64,000 nt of DNA from Centroscyllium fabricii. Lineage: Eukaryota. The translations under genes and the position numbers were made by a program. Under the pieces are notes generated by a model. That model had not been told where the DNA came from, searched no databases, and saw only the letters and a program-made list of their open reading frames with translations. Each line of letters starts with the position of its first letter. Positions within the stretch are counted from its first letter, which is position 1. Below, piece after piece: positions 49,419 to 62,368 of the stretch. The DNA lies in assembly GCA_051313645.2 (NCBI GenBank), contig JBNRSN020000008.1, positions 94,240,001-94,304,000 on the forward strand. Reading direction: 5' to 3'.

Positions 49419-51206
49419 CTGTTTAAAAAAAGAGGTAACGCCAAATGAATTAATGGTGTTCTAAAAAGACAAAGATGATAGCATACACATTACACCTGGT
49501 CTAAGAGACACTTAGGCTTTACAAAAAAAAAACCTCCTTTATTACAATCCTCACCCTCCCTATCTGTTTGCACTCAGATAGTGGAATGGTACCTGTGGAC
49601 AAATTTGTATACACCATCAATCCTACTCTGCTCAAACTTGTCTCCAATCAAGCAGAGTAATGCAGGCTTCTTCCCAGTTAGTTTCCCCCATTACATTCCA
49701 GACAACTAGTCAAGATTGGCAGCTCAGCTTCATGGGGAAAAGTCGTCTAGAGGGTTTCTACATTTAGTTAGTAAATTTGAAATTGGGCAATAGATACACA
49801 GTTCAGGAAGGCTTGTGTAACAATTTTATATTGGACATAGCATTTCACAGGAATCTGTTACAGCTTTCTCAAAACAACTGCAGCAAGTCAAACAAGAAAA
49901 ATGTGGATCACAGGGTCAGCTGCTGCAATTAGAAACATTAAAAGCAAAATAAACGTTGAAAAATGCTTCAGATATATGAATTTAATAAACAGAAGAACAG
50001 TGCAGCATGTGGGAGCAGTGCCAAGGAGTGACGAGGTGCAGGTTCAACTCCGAACTCTGCTAAATTCCCAATCTCATCTGCATTGCTGTAGGGAGACACC
50101 TACTGGAGATGAGGCACCTCATCACAGGATGGGAAAGACAGGAAAATTAGGTTGCTCTTCCTAACAGGTTTACAGCCTGGAAGCAGGCCTGCCCTCACTC
50201 GGAGACAGAGACTGAAAGTTAAGGGTCAAAAAAATACTTGTAAATATCATCCAAACACAGTGATGTCAAGCTTATAATCTGCTCTTACAGTAGAAATCCT
50301 CAATTTTGCTCTTGCATTTCATAAGATTTGTGTGACATTGTAGTAAATTAGATATTAGTATTTCTAAACATACCTTAGTATAAAATTACATCTGTATTAA
50401 ATCAGCATTCAGCTGTGATTACGCTCCATGACACAATTTCCAAAGTTCTGCAATAACTTTTGATTAGAACTTTGCCAATTCTGTTCAATTGGAAACAGAA
50501 TGACCATTTCATACAGGATTCACTATTACTTTTGCATCTCATCACAAAACAAGTAACATTAGTTGTAAATATTAAGCTTTAGTAAACAATTTCAAGAACT
50601 TTATAGAACCCAAACGTACATGGGCTTTCCAGGACACGCCCACGGTCACACTGGGTGGGAGTATGGCAGAATGCCTGTGAATTAGGCTGGAACATGGATA
50701 TGCTGGGTTTTGGCCTTGGCTGTCACTTTGTGGGAATTTGTTTGGAGCGGTCTGCTCCAAACATGGCCTCCTACATCAGAGGTAGAGTGGTAGGTGAAGG
50801 GACTCCATGGCCAGGAGTTTACTCAGCCCTAGCTTGGTATGTGCCAGGTGGGTGTTGTGCCCAGTAAGAAAAGACATACTGCCCTGTGGGCTGGCAGAAG
50901 CAAAGTTTAGTGGTGGACATGTTCCAATATTCACCCCTTGCTATGACAGGTGCCCAAATATGTGCCCATAGTGGAGTAGGCACCTACCAGAAACACTTAA
51001 AACATGGATTTTCCCTCTGATTACATATTCCAGCAAGGAAAATGGTAGAGGTTACTGGTGAACAGATCCCAGCGCATATGCCAGAATCAACGGCTTATGA
51101 ATGGTCAAGCCCGTACAGTTTAAAATACCAGCATGGAAGAGATTAAGGGGACCTTTTTGAAAAAAATCTTAACTTAAGCCATCAGTTTCCCTAAAACATA
51201 TAGTAC

Positions 51207-51403
51207 CTGGCCTACAGTCTGTCCCTCTGGCCGAGAATTTCGCACGAGGTGATTACTGTTGGTGCTGCTATGAACAGATTCCTGTAGGCTTCTTGGATTA
51301 GCTTTGATCAAGTTCTGGCTGCTGTAGTAACTGCCTGCCTCCTGGTAACCACTATCAGAATAGGAGTTCATTTGTGTTGAGCTTCGGGAGTTTCCAATAG
51401 ACC
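51207..51403 (-). CDS. PKP4: Plakophilin-4 coding exon B (about human exon 6)
   Basis: Boundaries tatgcag|GG and CAG|gtacta; 197 nt, phase 1-0. Encodes SIGNSRSSTQMNSYSDSGYQEAGSYYSSQN...EGQTVGQ (ORF 51174..51371). Confidence 0.93.
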
Positions 51404-51552
51404 CTGCATAGTTGAAGCAGACAAGTACAGCTGGTTATAATAAAAGTGAATTGAGGAAAAAGTCAAAGTACCTTTTTCTGTCAACAGGACTTTTCAAAAT
51501 ACAGAATCTGAAAAACTTGGTACTCGTTACTTAAAATTCATATACAACAGAC

Positions 51553-51684
51553 CCTCACTTTCATGAAGAGATGTTTGTTCGGGTGCGAGAGTTGGCAATT
51601 GTTCACGACCTGTTTCAATATTAAAGGATTGGGGATGCGTGCCTTCAGAAACTCTGCGTCTATTAATTCCTCCTAAGGGTTCAT
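51553..51684 (-). CDS. PKP4: Plakophilin-4 coding exon A (first exon in window, about human exon 5), head domain
   Basis: Boundaries ttacag|AT and GAGG|gtctgt; 132 nt, phase 1-1. Encodes (D)EPLGGINRRRVSEGTHPQSFNIETGREQLPTLAPEQTSLHESE(G). PEQTSLHESEG matches PKP4 as recalled, and the frame continues into the next exon. Confidence 0.85.
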
Positions 51685-52374
51685 CTGTAAGAAAACATAT
51701 GTGCTTTAGAACTCATTTTAAGATAAGAACTTCCAATAAGATTAGTATTTTTCTCTGTAAAGTTAATTTTGTTTTCTGTTATTTTCCTTGATCAGAAATG
51801 ATTCATTTAGAATTTGCACATGCTTATCTGTTAACATTTCTGACTGCATCCTCTAGCATAGACTTGGGTCAAATGGCCTGTTCCTGTGCTGTAAATTCTA
51901 TGCAATTCTAAGTAATACGTAAATTAATATGCTTATAATTCAAATAGGGAAATCACTGCAACCGAGAATCCCGCTCCCTGGCCAAACTACCTCGGATGTA
52001 GGGGACTATGCTCAGAGGCCCCAGTGGGTTTTCTGAGCGGCCTGCAGCAGTTCCTTTGAAGACCACTGTTTGGCCACTTGCAGCACTGTTCCAACAGTTA
52101 GAGTGTATGTTCTACCCAGTGGAAGACCAAAATTGCATCAGGTTCCCTACACATGACGCAGGACCCCGATTTAAATATTTTAGCAAGGTTGAGGTAGGAG
52201 GCCCACTCAAAAACTGAGTTGGACAGGCCTCGAGCGCAAGTGAGCCATAGTTTCTTTTTAAAACCATTTTTTTTTGTCTACCTACCACCTCGTTTACACT
52301 GAAAACTTGGACAGGCGGCAGATGAAAATCGGCCCACACATCTCTTATCCATCACCAAAAAGAGTAACAAACAT

Positions 52375-52780
52375 ATCTATTTATATAGCAACTTTCACAT
52401 CTTCAGGATGCCCCAAAGTGCTTCATAGACAATGAAGTATTTTTGAACTGTAGCCACTGTTGGCAAACAGCAGCAGCTAATTTGCACAATAGCAATCATA
52501 TAAATGACCAGATATTCTGTTTTGGGTGGTGTCATCAAGACACTGGAAGAACTTTCCCGCTCTTCCTCAAATAGAGGCACTGGACTGGACCTTTTAGGTC
52601 AATCTGAGCGAGTAGATGGGGCTTCAGGTAAATGTCTCATAGCAAAAATGGCTCCTCCAACAATGCAGTACTCCCTCAGACTGCACAACAGCGTGAGTCT
52701 AAATTACGTGTTCAACACCCAGGGTTGGGCTTCAAGCCACAACTTTCCAATTCAGAGGCAGAAGTGCGGTTACCGAGCCA
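52375..52780 (-). mobile_element. SacSINE1-type SINE, old copy
   Basis: Degenerate alignment to the 37163-37627 copy. Confidence 0.6.
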
Positions 52781-53199
52781 AGGCTTTCACTTATCCATTG
52801 TTTTTGTTACCTCAAGACTCGAATTCTCAAATGTCCACCTCACAAAATCCTCCCTGAACAAACTCCAACTTTGTCAAAAAAAAAAAATCGGTGGCTCACA
52901 TCCTGTCCCACACAAGGCCTCACTTACTCATTGACATGCCATCAATAACTCCCAAAAGACTAAGAGTTAAACTTATAACAAGTAGGCTTTTATTAACAAA
53001 AGAATATGAGCATGCCTCGGCTGGTAGACCGATCCTTAAAGCCAGGGGGACTGGAGGTCAATCACCTTTATACCTGGGCTTAGGGGTAGAGCCAGCTGAG
53101 GCATGCCCAGACATGTTCTGTACAGGCAAATTAGTGGTTTACCACACTCATCACAACGGTTCTTGCTGGCCTCCACTGGCTTCTGGTCTTCCAATGCAA

Positions 53200-54025
53200 T
53201 GGTCACCATTATGGTTTAGACAAATCGTAGATGATGGTTGCCGTCTGGCTGATTTCTACTTCCTATGACAAGAGGGGGTGTTTCAGGTACCAAACACGGA
53301 GTTGCGGGAAAGATGAGCATGGATTTGGGAGGCAACAACACACTGAGGAACTGGAAAGGAAAGCGAGGTTGGAGAAGGGGTGGTTGTTTGCAAGAACAAT
53401 GGGGGTCCAAGGGTGGTTGTTTTGAGGAGGGGGCAATGACCAATGTTTCCTTTAAGCCGCGTGACCATGCAGCGCTCGAGGTCCTGCGCAGCCAGCACAC
53501 CGGTTTTTAAAATGGAAAATGCAGAATTCTGAATGGGCTGCCCAAAGAAAAAATTCGAGGGCACATTGCTGATGACTGACTGCAGATTTCAAAGGGTTGA
53601 GGGGGGTGGGGGCAGTACCAGAGAAGAGGAAACAGTTAACAGTATCAGCCAGCATGGGGGCCAGGAAGGGAAGTTGGGTGGTTATCACAGCTTAGTGGTA
53701 ATAGGGTCGAGAGAGCAGGAGGTGGGTCTCATGGGCAAGATGAACTTGGACAGGGCAGTAGAGAAGATAAGATGAGATTTCAAGGCCAGGACTGGGAGAA
53801 CTTTGGGTGACGTTTGGCTAGATGGGCTAAGGGAAGGGTGCGATGTGCAAGAGGCAGCTGAACAAATGGTCTCAATCTTACAGCCAAAGTTGTCAATTAG
53901 CTCCTTGCACTTGTTGGAAGTGAAGGTAGAGGGGGTAGGGGAGAGGGGTTTAGGAAGACAGTTGGCAGCGGAGAAGAGAAGCCGGGGGTTATCTCTGCAT
54001 TCTAGGATAATTCTGGAGCAGTGAG
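53200..54025 (-). mobile_element. L2 LINE ORF2 fragment
   Basis: ORF 53685..54041 encodes DNPRLLFS...RPTSCSLDPI, followed by degenerate PLLK..TLDP and QSGF/STET motifs. Confidence 0.75.
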
Positions 54026-55479
54026 TACACAAAGTAGTCATGGTAAATGGTACACATGGCAGTCATACGCTAGAAATAAGCCTGTTCAATTAGACACAAC
54101 TTGAGCAGCTATTACAACCACAAGACATTGCTAATTCACTTTTAAAATTACAATGCACCAATGTCCTCAAATAACTCCAGATTATGAATGTGAGTTTGTG
54201 AATAGGAAATAGGAGACGACAAAAGCATATTCAGGCAGTGTGTTACTATAACCAGTTACAAAAACAGAGGAAAAAAATACAAAAAAAGGTTGTATTTAAC
54301 TGAATTTGTTTTCTATTTATTGGTTTATTTATTTAGGAAAGCAAAGCCAAGATATACCCAGTATATAGAATCAATATTGAGCATGTAATTTGGATAAGCT
54401 CACTGATTATGACATACAAACACATGACAAAATAACTCATCTTGAATCGTCATTAACCATAGGCAACATCGAATTCTAGATGGAGAAATAAATTTTAGTT
54501 TTTAGGTAAACTGTAAGCTAATTGCTTGATTGGACTGTGCAGTCTTTAAAGTACCATGGTTTTGTCATGGCTTCATGCACTGCATATGTGTTTGTTTGAA
54601 AGGTATAACTGACTTTTTCTTTGACAGCTGGAACATCACCAATGGCTTGGGAAAAGTGGATACCTCCCTCTCCCCTTGAAAACATCCGGACTCAAAAAGC
54701 TCACCAACAATCGTCCTGTCCTCAGCAATTAGCACCCTCCAACCTTACTTTTCCTCGAACATACTTGAATATGTTGTTGTCTCCCAGATCTGTGCTCATT
54801 TCTCCTGTAACTCTGTTTGAATCCCTGCAATCCAGCTTCTGCTCTCAGCACCAAAACAACTAACTCTAAGCAAAGTCAAGAAAGACATCTATTTATGGCT
54901 ATGGTGCACTATTTCTCCTGACCTTGCTGCAGCATTCAAATGGTTGGCCAATCCATCCTCTTTCCAATGCCTCTGTTCTGTTGTCCACTTTCATGAGAGT
55001 GCCATTTTGTGGTTGTAGGAAAGGGAAGCTGTGGGGAAACAATGGATGCAAGGGGATGGTGGTAACAAGTGATTGGGAAGGAAACTGAAATGGCCATACT
55101 TTCCCTGCAAATCCCACCCCAAATGCAGCCTTTGAGAGCGAGAGTACGAGCTGTGCGTAGGCATATGTTGGGCTATTCATTGGTGTAGTCATGTTTCAAA
55201 ATTACATCTTCCTTTGTTGTCTATCCAACCTCTAAATATAAAGAACAGTCTACCACACAAATCATGACCCAGTACAGCTTGCTACCAACTTACAGCTGCA
55301 TTTCAATTGTGTACTGTGTATCATAATTTATTGGAAAAAAGAAATTACAAGTGAATTCTTAAGATGCTTTGTTGCAACATGTCTGCTTTCCCTCCCAGCT
55401 GAGAAATGATGTATGCCATCAGGGAGGGAGGGTGAAAGAGGGGAGAAAATGAATAAGGGAAGCTACATAAACTAGAAGA

Positions 55480-56845
55480 TTGTATTTGAAGAAATAATAA
55501 ATATTTGATGAAGCAACAGAGGGTTGATGAAGGTAGTGCAGTAGAGGTTGTATATATGGACTTTCAAAGGGCATTTGGTAAAGTACCACATAAACAGACT
55601 TATATGGAAAAATACAAGCACATGGGATTAAACTGACAGTGGCAATGTTCCCATTTAGTTGCACGGCCGCACAGTTGTCTGAAGCTCCCATGCAGTCTGC
55701 TTGCCGGTTTCGCAATGGAAACACGGCGCTTGCACAGAAGTTTGAATGGGCTCCGCACCCAAAAACAAATTAGAGGGAACATTGGACAGTGGTAACTTGG
55801 GTACGCAATTGGATAAGGGATAGGAGGCGGAGAGCAGTGGTGAACAGATGTTTTTTCTGAATGGAGAGAAGTATGTAGTGGTGTCCCCCAGGGGTCGGTA
55901 TTAAAACCATTGCTTTTCTTACATATAAATGAACTGGACTTGGATAGAGAAGTTTGCGGATGATACAAAACTTAGCAACATTGTAAGTAGTGTGCAGGAT
56001 AGCAGCAGACTGCAGGAGGACAAACAGACTGGTGAAATGGAGACACTTGGCAGATGCAATTTAATGCAAATAAGTGTGAAATGATGCACTTTGGGAGGAA
56101 CAACATGGAGAGGCAGTATAATCTAAATGGTACTATTTTGAGGGGAGTGCAAGAGCAGAGGGACCTGGGAACGCATATTCACAAATCCTTCAAGGTGGCA
56201 GGGCAAGTTGATAAGGCAGTTAAGAAAGTGTAAAGTATACTTGGCTTTGTAAATATGGGTACTGAATACAAAAACATGGAAGTCATACTAAACCTATACA
56301 AATCTCTGGTTAGGCCTCAGCTGGAGTATTGTGGCCACTTCTGGGCACCACACTTTAGAAAGGATTTCAAGAGCTTGGAGAGGGTACAAAGATGGTTTAC
56401 CTGGATGAGACCAGGGGTGAGGGAGTTCAGTTATGTGGAGCGATTGGAGAAGCTGGGATTGTTCTCCTTAGAGGGTTAAGGGGAGGCCCAATGGAGGAAT
56501 TCAAAATTATGCAAGATTTTGATAAGAGCAAATAGGGAGAAACTGTTTCCTCTGACAACTGGGTCAGTAACCAGAAGTCATAGATTTAAAATAATTGGCA
56601 AAACAACTAGAGGGGAAATTATTTCAGAGGGTTGATATGATCGGGAATGCACGACCTGAAGGGTGGTGGAATCAGATTCCATAGGAACTTTCAAAAGACA
56701 ATTGAACATGTATTTGAAGAGAACTAAATTGCAGGGTTCTCGGGAAAAAGCAGAGGTGTGGGACTAAATTGGACAGCTCTTTCAAAGTGCCGGCAGAGAC
56801 ACAACAGGCCAAATGGCCTCCTTCTGGGCTCTAAGATTCTGATTC
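55480..56845 (+). mobile_element. Old CR1 LINE 3' half
   Basis: YMDF, GVPQG and KFADD remnants. ORF 56255..56479 encodes LVRPQLEYC. A 3' UTR follows. Confidence 0.82.
55643..55784. mobile_element. Short hAT MITE (family M3), opposite orientation to 38058
   Basis: TIR CAATGTTCCC / GGGAACATTG; perfect 8-bp TSD gacagtgg. Confidence 0.85.
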
Positions 56846-56953
56846 TACAATCACTCATTTTTATTTGAGAGCTGCAACTCAGGATGCACATTATTGATTT
56901 GCTTGCTTGAGAAAACCTTTGGATAGATCAGAGAACATGAGACAGTGAACTTT

Positions 56954-58570
56954 CATAGAAACATAGAAGATAGGAGCAGGAGTAGGCCATTCGGCCCCTC
57001 GAGCCTGCTCCATCATTCAATGCGATCATGGCTGATCATCCAAATTCAGTACCCTGTCCCTACCTTCTCCCCATAACCCTTGATCCCTTTAGCCTTAAGA
57101 AATATATCCAACTCCTTCTTGAATATATTTAATGAACTGGCTTCCACCGCCCTCTGTGGCACAGAATTCCACAGGTTCACCACTCTCTGGGTGAAGAAAT
57201 TCCTCCTCACTTCAGTCCTAAATGGTTTACCAGTTATCCTTAGACTATGACCCCTGGTTCTGTACTTCCCGGCCATCGGGAACATCCTTCCTGCATCTGG
57301 TCTGTCCAGGCCCGACAGAATTTTATAGGTTTCAATGAGATCCCCTCTCAATCTTCTAAACCCAATCGACCCAATCTCTCCTCATACATCATTCCTGCCA
57401 TCCCAGGTATCAGCCTGGTGAATCCCAGGTATCAGCCTGGTGAATCTTCGCTGCACTTCTTCCATGGCAAGAACATCCTTCCTCAGATAAGGTGACAAAA
57501 ACTGCACACAATACTCAAGATGTGGTCTCACCAAGGCCCTGTACAACTGCAGCAAGACATCCTTGTTCCAGTCAGCGACTGGTGCACAAGAACACCCACA
57601 TCTCTGCACTTCCCCTTCTCCCAATCTATTGCCATTCAAATAATAATCTACCTTCCTGTTTTTGCTACCAAAGTGGATAACCTCACATTTATCCACATTA
57701 TAGTGCATTTGCCATATTTTTGCCCAATCACCCAAACTATCCAAATCGTACTGGAGTTTCACGACATCCTCCTCACAGCATACCCTCCCACCCAGCTTTG
57801 TGTCGTGTGCAAATTTGGAGATACTACATCCAATTCTCTCGTTCAGATCATTAATATATATTGTGAACGGCTGGGGTCCTAGGCCTGATCCTTGTGGTAC
57901 CCCACTAGTCACTGCCTGCCACTCGGAAAAACACCCATTTATTCCAACTCTTTGCTTTCTATCTGCCAACCAGTTCTCTATCCAAGTCAATACCTTGCCC
58001 CCAATCCCAAGTGCCTTAATTTTGCACGTTAATCTCTTAAGCGGGACCTTATTGAAAGCCTTCTGAAAGTCCAAATACACCACATTCACGGGTTCTCCCT
58101 TATCTATTTTACCAGTTACATCCGCAAAAGATTCCAGTAGATTAGTCAAGCACAATTTACCTTTTGTAAATCCATGTTGACTTTGTCCGATCCGGTCACT
58201 GCTTTCCAAGTGCTCTGCTATTACATCTTTTATAATGGACTCTAGCATCTTCCCCACTACTGATGTCAGGCTTACAATTGCCCGCTTTTTCTCTACCCCC
58301 TTTTTTGAATAGTGGGGTAACATTAGCTACCCTCCAATCCATGGGTACTGTTCCAGAGTCTATCGAGTTCTGAAAGATGGCCAGCAATGCCTCTACTATC
58401 TCCAGGGCCACCTTCTTAAGTACCCTAGGATGTAGATTATCAGGCCGTGGGGATTTATCGGCCTTCAATCCCGTCAACTTCACCAAAACCATTTCCCTAC
58501 AAATGCTGATTTCTTTCAGTTCCTCCCTCTCATTGGTCCCTATGTTCCCCGACATCTCCGGGATCTCGAA
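56954..58570 (-). mobile_element. 5'-truncated CR1 LINE with frameshifts
   Basis: ORFs 58196..58582, 57382..58323 and 57046..57351 are successive pieces of CR1 ORF2. There is a 22-bp tandem duplication at about 57401-57444 and a (ttctatg)n tail. Confidence 0.92.
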
Positions 58571-59599
58571 AAAGAAATCCACAATAGTGCAGAAACATTA
58601 ACGGCATGGAAGGAAGATTCAAGCCACACTTTAAATAATGTTTTTGCATACAAAGTACGATTTTATCAGCAGAACATATTTTAGTTTTCCAGTTTAAACA
58701 AGTTTAATTCGTTTGAAGTACCTCAGCTGAACATGAAGCAGAATTGCCAGAATAGGTCTTTGTTACCATATAACCAAGGGATGGGTTGGAAGGCAAGAGA
58801 ACTGTGGATTGTGATTACACAGCAGAGGATAAGCCAAAAAAGAGACACTATCAGGGTGGTTTAAATTTTAAATTGCACTAACTTCTGCACCAAGTGCACC
58901 AGATAGTCTGCTTTTTTTTTTAAAGCAGGCAGTTTAAATGTTCCATCACTCCATATCAACCTGAATTTGTTACATAGAACATGGTTATGGACAAGCTCAG
59001 TAGAAAACAAAGCTGTAGAAATTTAGCAGATCCTACTCGCAGATTTTAGTAAAAATGCACAAGACCCAAGTTTTCAAATGTAATAAATTTCACATAAAGT
59101 GACCATTTAAATTTCTTCTATCCTGAATGCACTGCCTCTCGCTGAGGAATGGTTCATCATGGACACTGAAAGCCTCAAGTAACCATTCTTAATAGGTGAA
59201 CCTAAATGACAATCGTTAGCAGGTTATTCATCTATCAAAGGAGATTAATCTTGTACTCATTTGCTGCCCATACACATTTCAGCAAGCATCACTGGAAAGT
59301 AATCAAGAGTGAGAATTGTGGCTGATTTTTCCATTCCAAAACCCAGAGGCATTGAGAGCAATTCCAAGGTCTAAAATGTCATTGCTGGGATCACCTAACC
59401 CAGTAAAGACCAGGAATAAAACATGGACATTCTGGTCTATATGACTTAGTGAAACAATAGGCAGCAGCATCTTTACCCACCAAAATATCAGGGGAGTTAA
59501 AATTTTAAGTTCATAGCTAATAAAATCATAACCTTTTTTCCACACTCCATTTCAAATTTAAAACTGCCACATACATGAGCAATTTTAACCCAGTTTCAA

Positions 59600-61790
59600 G
59601 ACTATGGGGGTAAAAAGCCACTTAATCTTGTCCCAGATTATTATCTCAAAGATTCCCCACCACTGACATTGGGCTGCCTGGCCAATAGATGCCAGGTTTA
59701 TTCCTCTCCCCATTAACAGGTGTAACATTTGCAATCCTCCAGTCCCCTGGCACCACCCCCGTTTCCAAGGAGGATTGGAAGATTGTGGCCAGAGCTTCTG
59801 CAATTTTCACCCTTACTTCCCTCAGTAACCGAGGATGCATCCCATCCCGACCAGGTGATTCTTCTACTTTGAGGACTGCCAACCTTAAGTACATTCTTAT
59901 CTATTTTTATCCTAATATCTCGACTGCTTCCTCCTGTACTGCTACATTGGCAGCATCCTCTTCTCCAGTGAAGACAGATGCAAAGTACTCATTTAGTACC
60001 TCAGCCGTGCCCTCTGCCTCCACAAGATCTCCTTTTTTGGTCCTTAATCAGCCCCACCCTTCCTTTGACTACTCTTTTACTATGTGTTCATAAAATACTT
60101 TTGGGTTCCCTTTTAGGTTAGCTGCTAATCTATTCTCATACTCTCTTTGCCCCTCCTATTCCTTTAAAAAAAATCTCCTCTGTACTTTCCATATTCAGCT
60201 TGGTTCTCTACTGTATTATGAACCATACAATCGTCATAAGCCTCCTTTTCTCATCTCATTTTAACCTCCATCTTTAGTCCAAATGCTCTCCGACTGTAAC
60301 ATGCTCCACTTGCCCCATTTCATTCCCCAGAACCAGATTCAGCACTGCTTCCTTCCTCGCTGGGCTGGAATGATCAAGAAAGTGCTCTTGTACACATTTC
60401 AGGAATTCGTCTCACTCTTCACCCTTTACTTGGTTACTACCCCAATCTACATTAGGATAACTGAAGTCCCCCATTATCATTACTCTGTTGCTCTTACGTC
60501 TTTCTGTTATGCCCCAGTTTCACTGGAGGCTACGAATTGCCGAATCGTGCCGATTGTGAAATTTGGCCGATTCGTGGGTAATTCTTGCGATTCGTAGTGG
60601 ATTCGTAGTGTATTCGTAGTGGATTCGTAGAGTTCGCGGAAGTTCGCGGGATTTCCTTGAGGTTTCAAGAAAGTTTTTGTTTGTCAAAAAATTTCGTGGG
60701 AGGGTTCACGAATGCCCAATTCGTGATAGATTCCTAAACAATTCTTGACCCTTTCTTACCATTCTTAACCCTTTCTTACCGTTCGTAACTGATTCGTAGT
60801 GGATTCCTAGTGCATTCTTGCCTATTCTTGGGCATTCTTGATTTTTTCAAATTCGTGGAAAAACGCCGAATTCATCACGAATGTCCACGAATGCACTACG
60901 AATGCAATTCGTAGATAATTCGTAGCTAATTCGTAGAATTCGTAACTAAATCGTGGAGGTCGTAGTGGATTCGTTAATTAATTCTTCATATTCGTGAGTG
61001 ATTCGTACCTCATTCCTACAATAATTCGTGATAGATTCGTAACCTTGTCCAGAATCGCCAAGAATTCACCAAGAATCGCCAAGAATCAACCAAGAATTTT
61101 CGCATTTTTTGCAGAATCGCCAAGAATTTCGATTCTTGACGATTCTTGATATTCTTGACATTCTTAGCCTCCAGTGAAACTGGGGCATAATTTGCCTCCG
61201 TCTCCTTCCCACTATTTGGTGGCATAATAGATCCGCCATTGTTCCTTATTTATGCCTTGAAATCTGAAGCCCTCCTTCCTGCACCATTTCTCCAGCCATG
61301 CAGTAACTTGCCCCGCTTCAAAATGTTCTGCATCCTCAGGTGAGGTCCTTTACCTTGGCACCAGACCATGTGGGATTCACATCGGTGGTTGCAGAAATGT
61401 CTGCCTATTCCCCCTGACTATTGAATCCCCTAGGGCCACTGCATTTCTACACTTTCCTGCGCCCCCCTGTGCAGTCATTTGCTCCAGTGCTGTGGATGTG
61501 CTCTGGACTGCACTCGATGATTCAGTCACCCTCACTGGCATTCAGTGCCGAAAACATGTTTGAGTGTGCCACACTCCGAGGATTCTGGACTGCCGGCCTC
61601 TTCCTACCCTGCTGGATGGCCACCAACTTACTTTCCTCCTGAACTCTGTTAGCTGTGGGGTGCCCACTTCCTGGAATGTGCAGTCTAGAAACTTCTCAGC
61701 CTCCCGTATGCCCTGCAGTGACTGCAGCCGCTTAAGCTCAGAAACCCAGAACTCTGGTTCGAGCAACTGGAGGCACTTCCTGCACACGTG
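59600..61790 (-). mobile_element. Decayed CR1 (ORF1 and ORF2 fragments) with a nested Harbinger MITE
   Basis: ORF 61542..61787 encodes CRKCLQL...LQGIREAE (ORF1). ORF 59646..59894 encodes SPGRDGMHPRLLRE...GDWRIANVTP (ORF2). Confidence 0.78.
60510..61187. mobile_element. PIF/Harbinger non-autonomous MITE
   Basis: Perfect 23-bp TIR TGCCCCAGTTTCACTGGAGGCTA, flanks tta / taa (TWA target), and an interior made of ATTCGT/ATTCTT motif arrays. Confidence 0.88.
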
Positions 61791-61794
61791 TCTC

Positions 61795-62105
61795 TAGGGC
61801 ACATGCATGAACCCCACCAACCTCCACATTCAACGGATCATCCTCTGCCACTTCAGTCACCTCCAGACCAATGCCACCATCCAAACATAGTTTCCCCTCC
61901 CCTTCCAGCACTCCAAAGGGACCGTTCCCTCCGGGGCACCCTGGTCCACTCTTCAAATCACCCCAACACCACTCCTCCTTCCCATGCAAATTTAGGAGAT
62001 GCCCATACAACACCTGCACTTTCATCTCCTCCCTTCCCACCGTCCAGGGCCCCAAACATGCCTTCCAGGTGAAACAGCGATTTACTTGAACTTTTAATTT
62101 ATTAT
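61795..62105 (+). mobile_element. Penelope-like element fragment (linker upstream of GIY-YIG), interrupted by the Gypsy LTR
   Basis: ORFs encode ALQRDRSLRGTLVHS and CKFRRC..NTC..ISSLPTVQGPKHAFQVKQRFT. Confidence 0.75.
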
Positions 62106-62326
62106 TGTAGCGCCAGCAAGGCCTAGGAACCACACGTGAGCCAGAGCTAGAGAAAACACAACTTTAATACACTAGAGCTAAACAAGAAAGAGAGTGAACC
62201 ACTCGCAACAAGCATATTTAAACTGTCCCGCCGTTGGTGACGTCATCGCGTCGGCAGACGTGGTGACGTCGTCGCGTCACCCGGATGAGCGGGTGGATTC
62301 GGTGTCCCAGTGGGCGTGCCGCCACA
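62106..62326 (-). mobile_element. 3' LTR of a Ty3/Gypsy retrotransposon (about 221 bp)
   Basis: The minus strand starts TGTGGCG and ends CGCTACA, preceded by a polypurine tract GGGGGGAG. It contains TTTAAATA (TATA-like) and ATTAAA. Confidence 0.85.
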
Positions 62327-62368
62327 CAGCTCCCCCCAGAATCCGTCCGGGAGGAATAGTAAAAGAGT

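Noticed and set aside
58721-58756. Possible 36-nt PKP4 micro-exon (ag|ACCTATTC...GCTGAG|gtactt on -)
   Set aside because: It has no polypyrimidine tract and no similarity to the expected short upstream PKP4 exon (SSTEKSFPWRS-like, from recall). That exon was not found in the window.
60540-61165. Repeat array superficially like a CRISPR array or satellite
   Set aside because: There is no constant repeat with unique spacers. It is the interior of a TIR-bounded Harbinger MITE in a eukaryotic intron.
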